Assembly (NCBI GenBank): GCA_017395505.1
Contig: JAFPUH010000037.1
Span: 59,226 to 123,225, forward strand
Length of the DNA: 64,000 nucleotides
Reading direction: 5' to 3'
Origin: Kiritimatiellia bacterium
GTDB taxonomy: Bacteria; Verrucomicrobiota; Kiritimatiellia; RFP12; UBA1067
The notes below the pieces were generated by a model, which saw nothing but the letters and a program-made list of their open reading frames with translations, was not told the DNA's origin and ran no database searches. The position numbers and the translations under genes are program-made. This document shows, one piece after another, positions 63,861-64,000 of the stretch (its first letter is position 1; each line of letters begins with the position of its first letter).

Positions 63861-64000
63861 ATGGTGTTGATGGTGCCCTCGCTGAAGCTCATAGAGAAAG
63901 TAGGCGAAGGCGGCATGGCGTGCGTGTGGAAGGCATGGGACATCGAGAACCAGCGGCTCGTCGCGGCCAAGATACTGAAGTCCGAGTTCTCCTCGAACGG
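63861..64000 (+). CDS. Ser/Thr protein kinase, N-terminal fragment (continues beyond the window)
   Basis: MVLMVPSLKLIEKVGEGGMACVWKAWDIENQRLVAAKIL is a glycine-rich loop plus the VAxK lysine of Hanks-type kinases. Confidence 0.55.
   Translation, partial: MVLMVPSLKLIEKVGEGGMACVWKAWDIENQRLVAAKILKSEFSSN

Overview
This 64 kb window comes from a high-GC (about 65%) diderm anaerobe and is almost entirely coding on the minus strand up to about 58.1 kb, where it switches to the plus strand.

Recognisable content on the minus strand:
- Class III ribonucleotide reductase nrdD, truncated at the window start.
- galM, ilvN and ilvB.
- A three-gene RND efflux operon (periplasmic adaptor, AcrB-like pump, NodT outer-membrane factor).
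- A secreted thioredoxin-like protein.
- A partner-switching module: STAS antagonist, an orphan periplasmic solute-binding protein, and a membrane sensor PP2C phosphatase fused to an RsbW-type kinase.
- A two-gene operon encoding an acidic hypothetical protein and a P-loop DUF3987/VirE-like protein.
- A roughly 5 kb visibly lower-GC island at 18.1 to 23.2 kb. It carries a surface protein with a BspA-like LRR and chitobiase-type repeats, and small toxin-antitoxin-like cassettes (DUF4160/DUF2442, DUF3791/DUF3990/DUF3791, a minimal nucleotidyltransferase). The cassettes are separated by near-identical repeats of about 185 bp.
- GT4 glycosyltransferase, der and corA; pheS; a compact Mur-ligase paralog and prfB; secDF.
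- A GH89-like glycosidase, an ECF-like sigma factor and two unknown genes.
- Gfo/Idh/MocA oxidoreductase; VWA, BatD-like and DUF58 genes; nadK; a 2-oxoacid:ferredoxin oxidoreductase (delta, alpha, beta-gamma).
- A CesT/YbjN-like protein and tRNA-Val(TAC).
- An operon of argH plus an orphan ABC ATPase, a hypothetical, an MraY-like gene, truA, a ManC-like gene, and a 1049-aa secreted protein with transglutaminase-like and discoidin-like regions.
- An hndABCD-type [FeFe] hydrogenase operon.

On the plus strand after 58.9 kb: hisC, a PaaK-like CoA ligase, a histidine kinase, a sigma-54 NtrC-type regulator, and the 5' end of a Ser/Thr kinase.

Non-coding structure worth noting:
- A recurrent extended -10 box (TGnTATAAT) that often sits 6 to 8 nt from the start codon, implying many leaderless mRNAs.
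- An NrdR-box-like site upstream of nrdD.
- Two related 28-bp palindromes.
- Two families of intergenic repeats. One is a REP-like element carrying GTCCTAGGAC palindromes. The other is the ~185-bp hairpin plus -10 element. Together they bracket the low-GC island, and they also occur side by side, without cargo, at 58.4 to 58.9 kb.
- An unannotated leaderless 50-aa membrane peptide gene.

The six-frame track also shows many long antisense ORFs typical of high GC; these are not genes.
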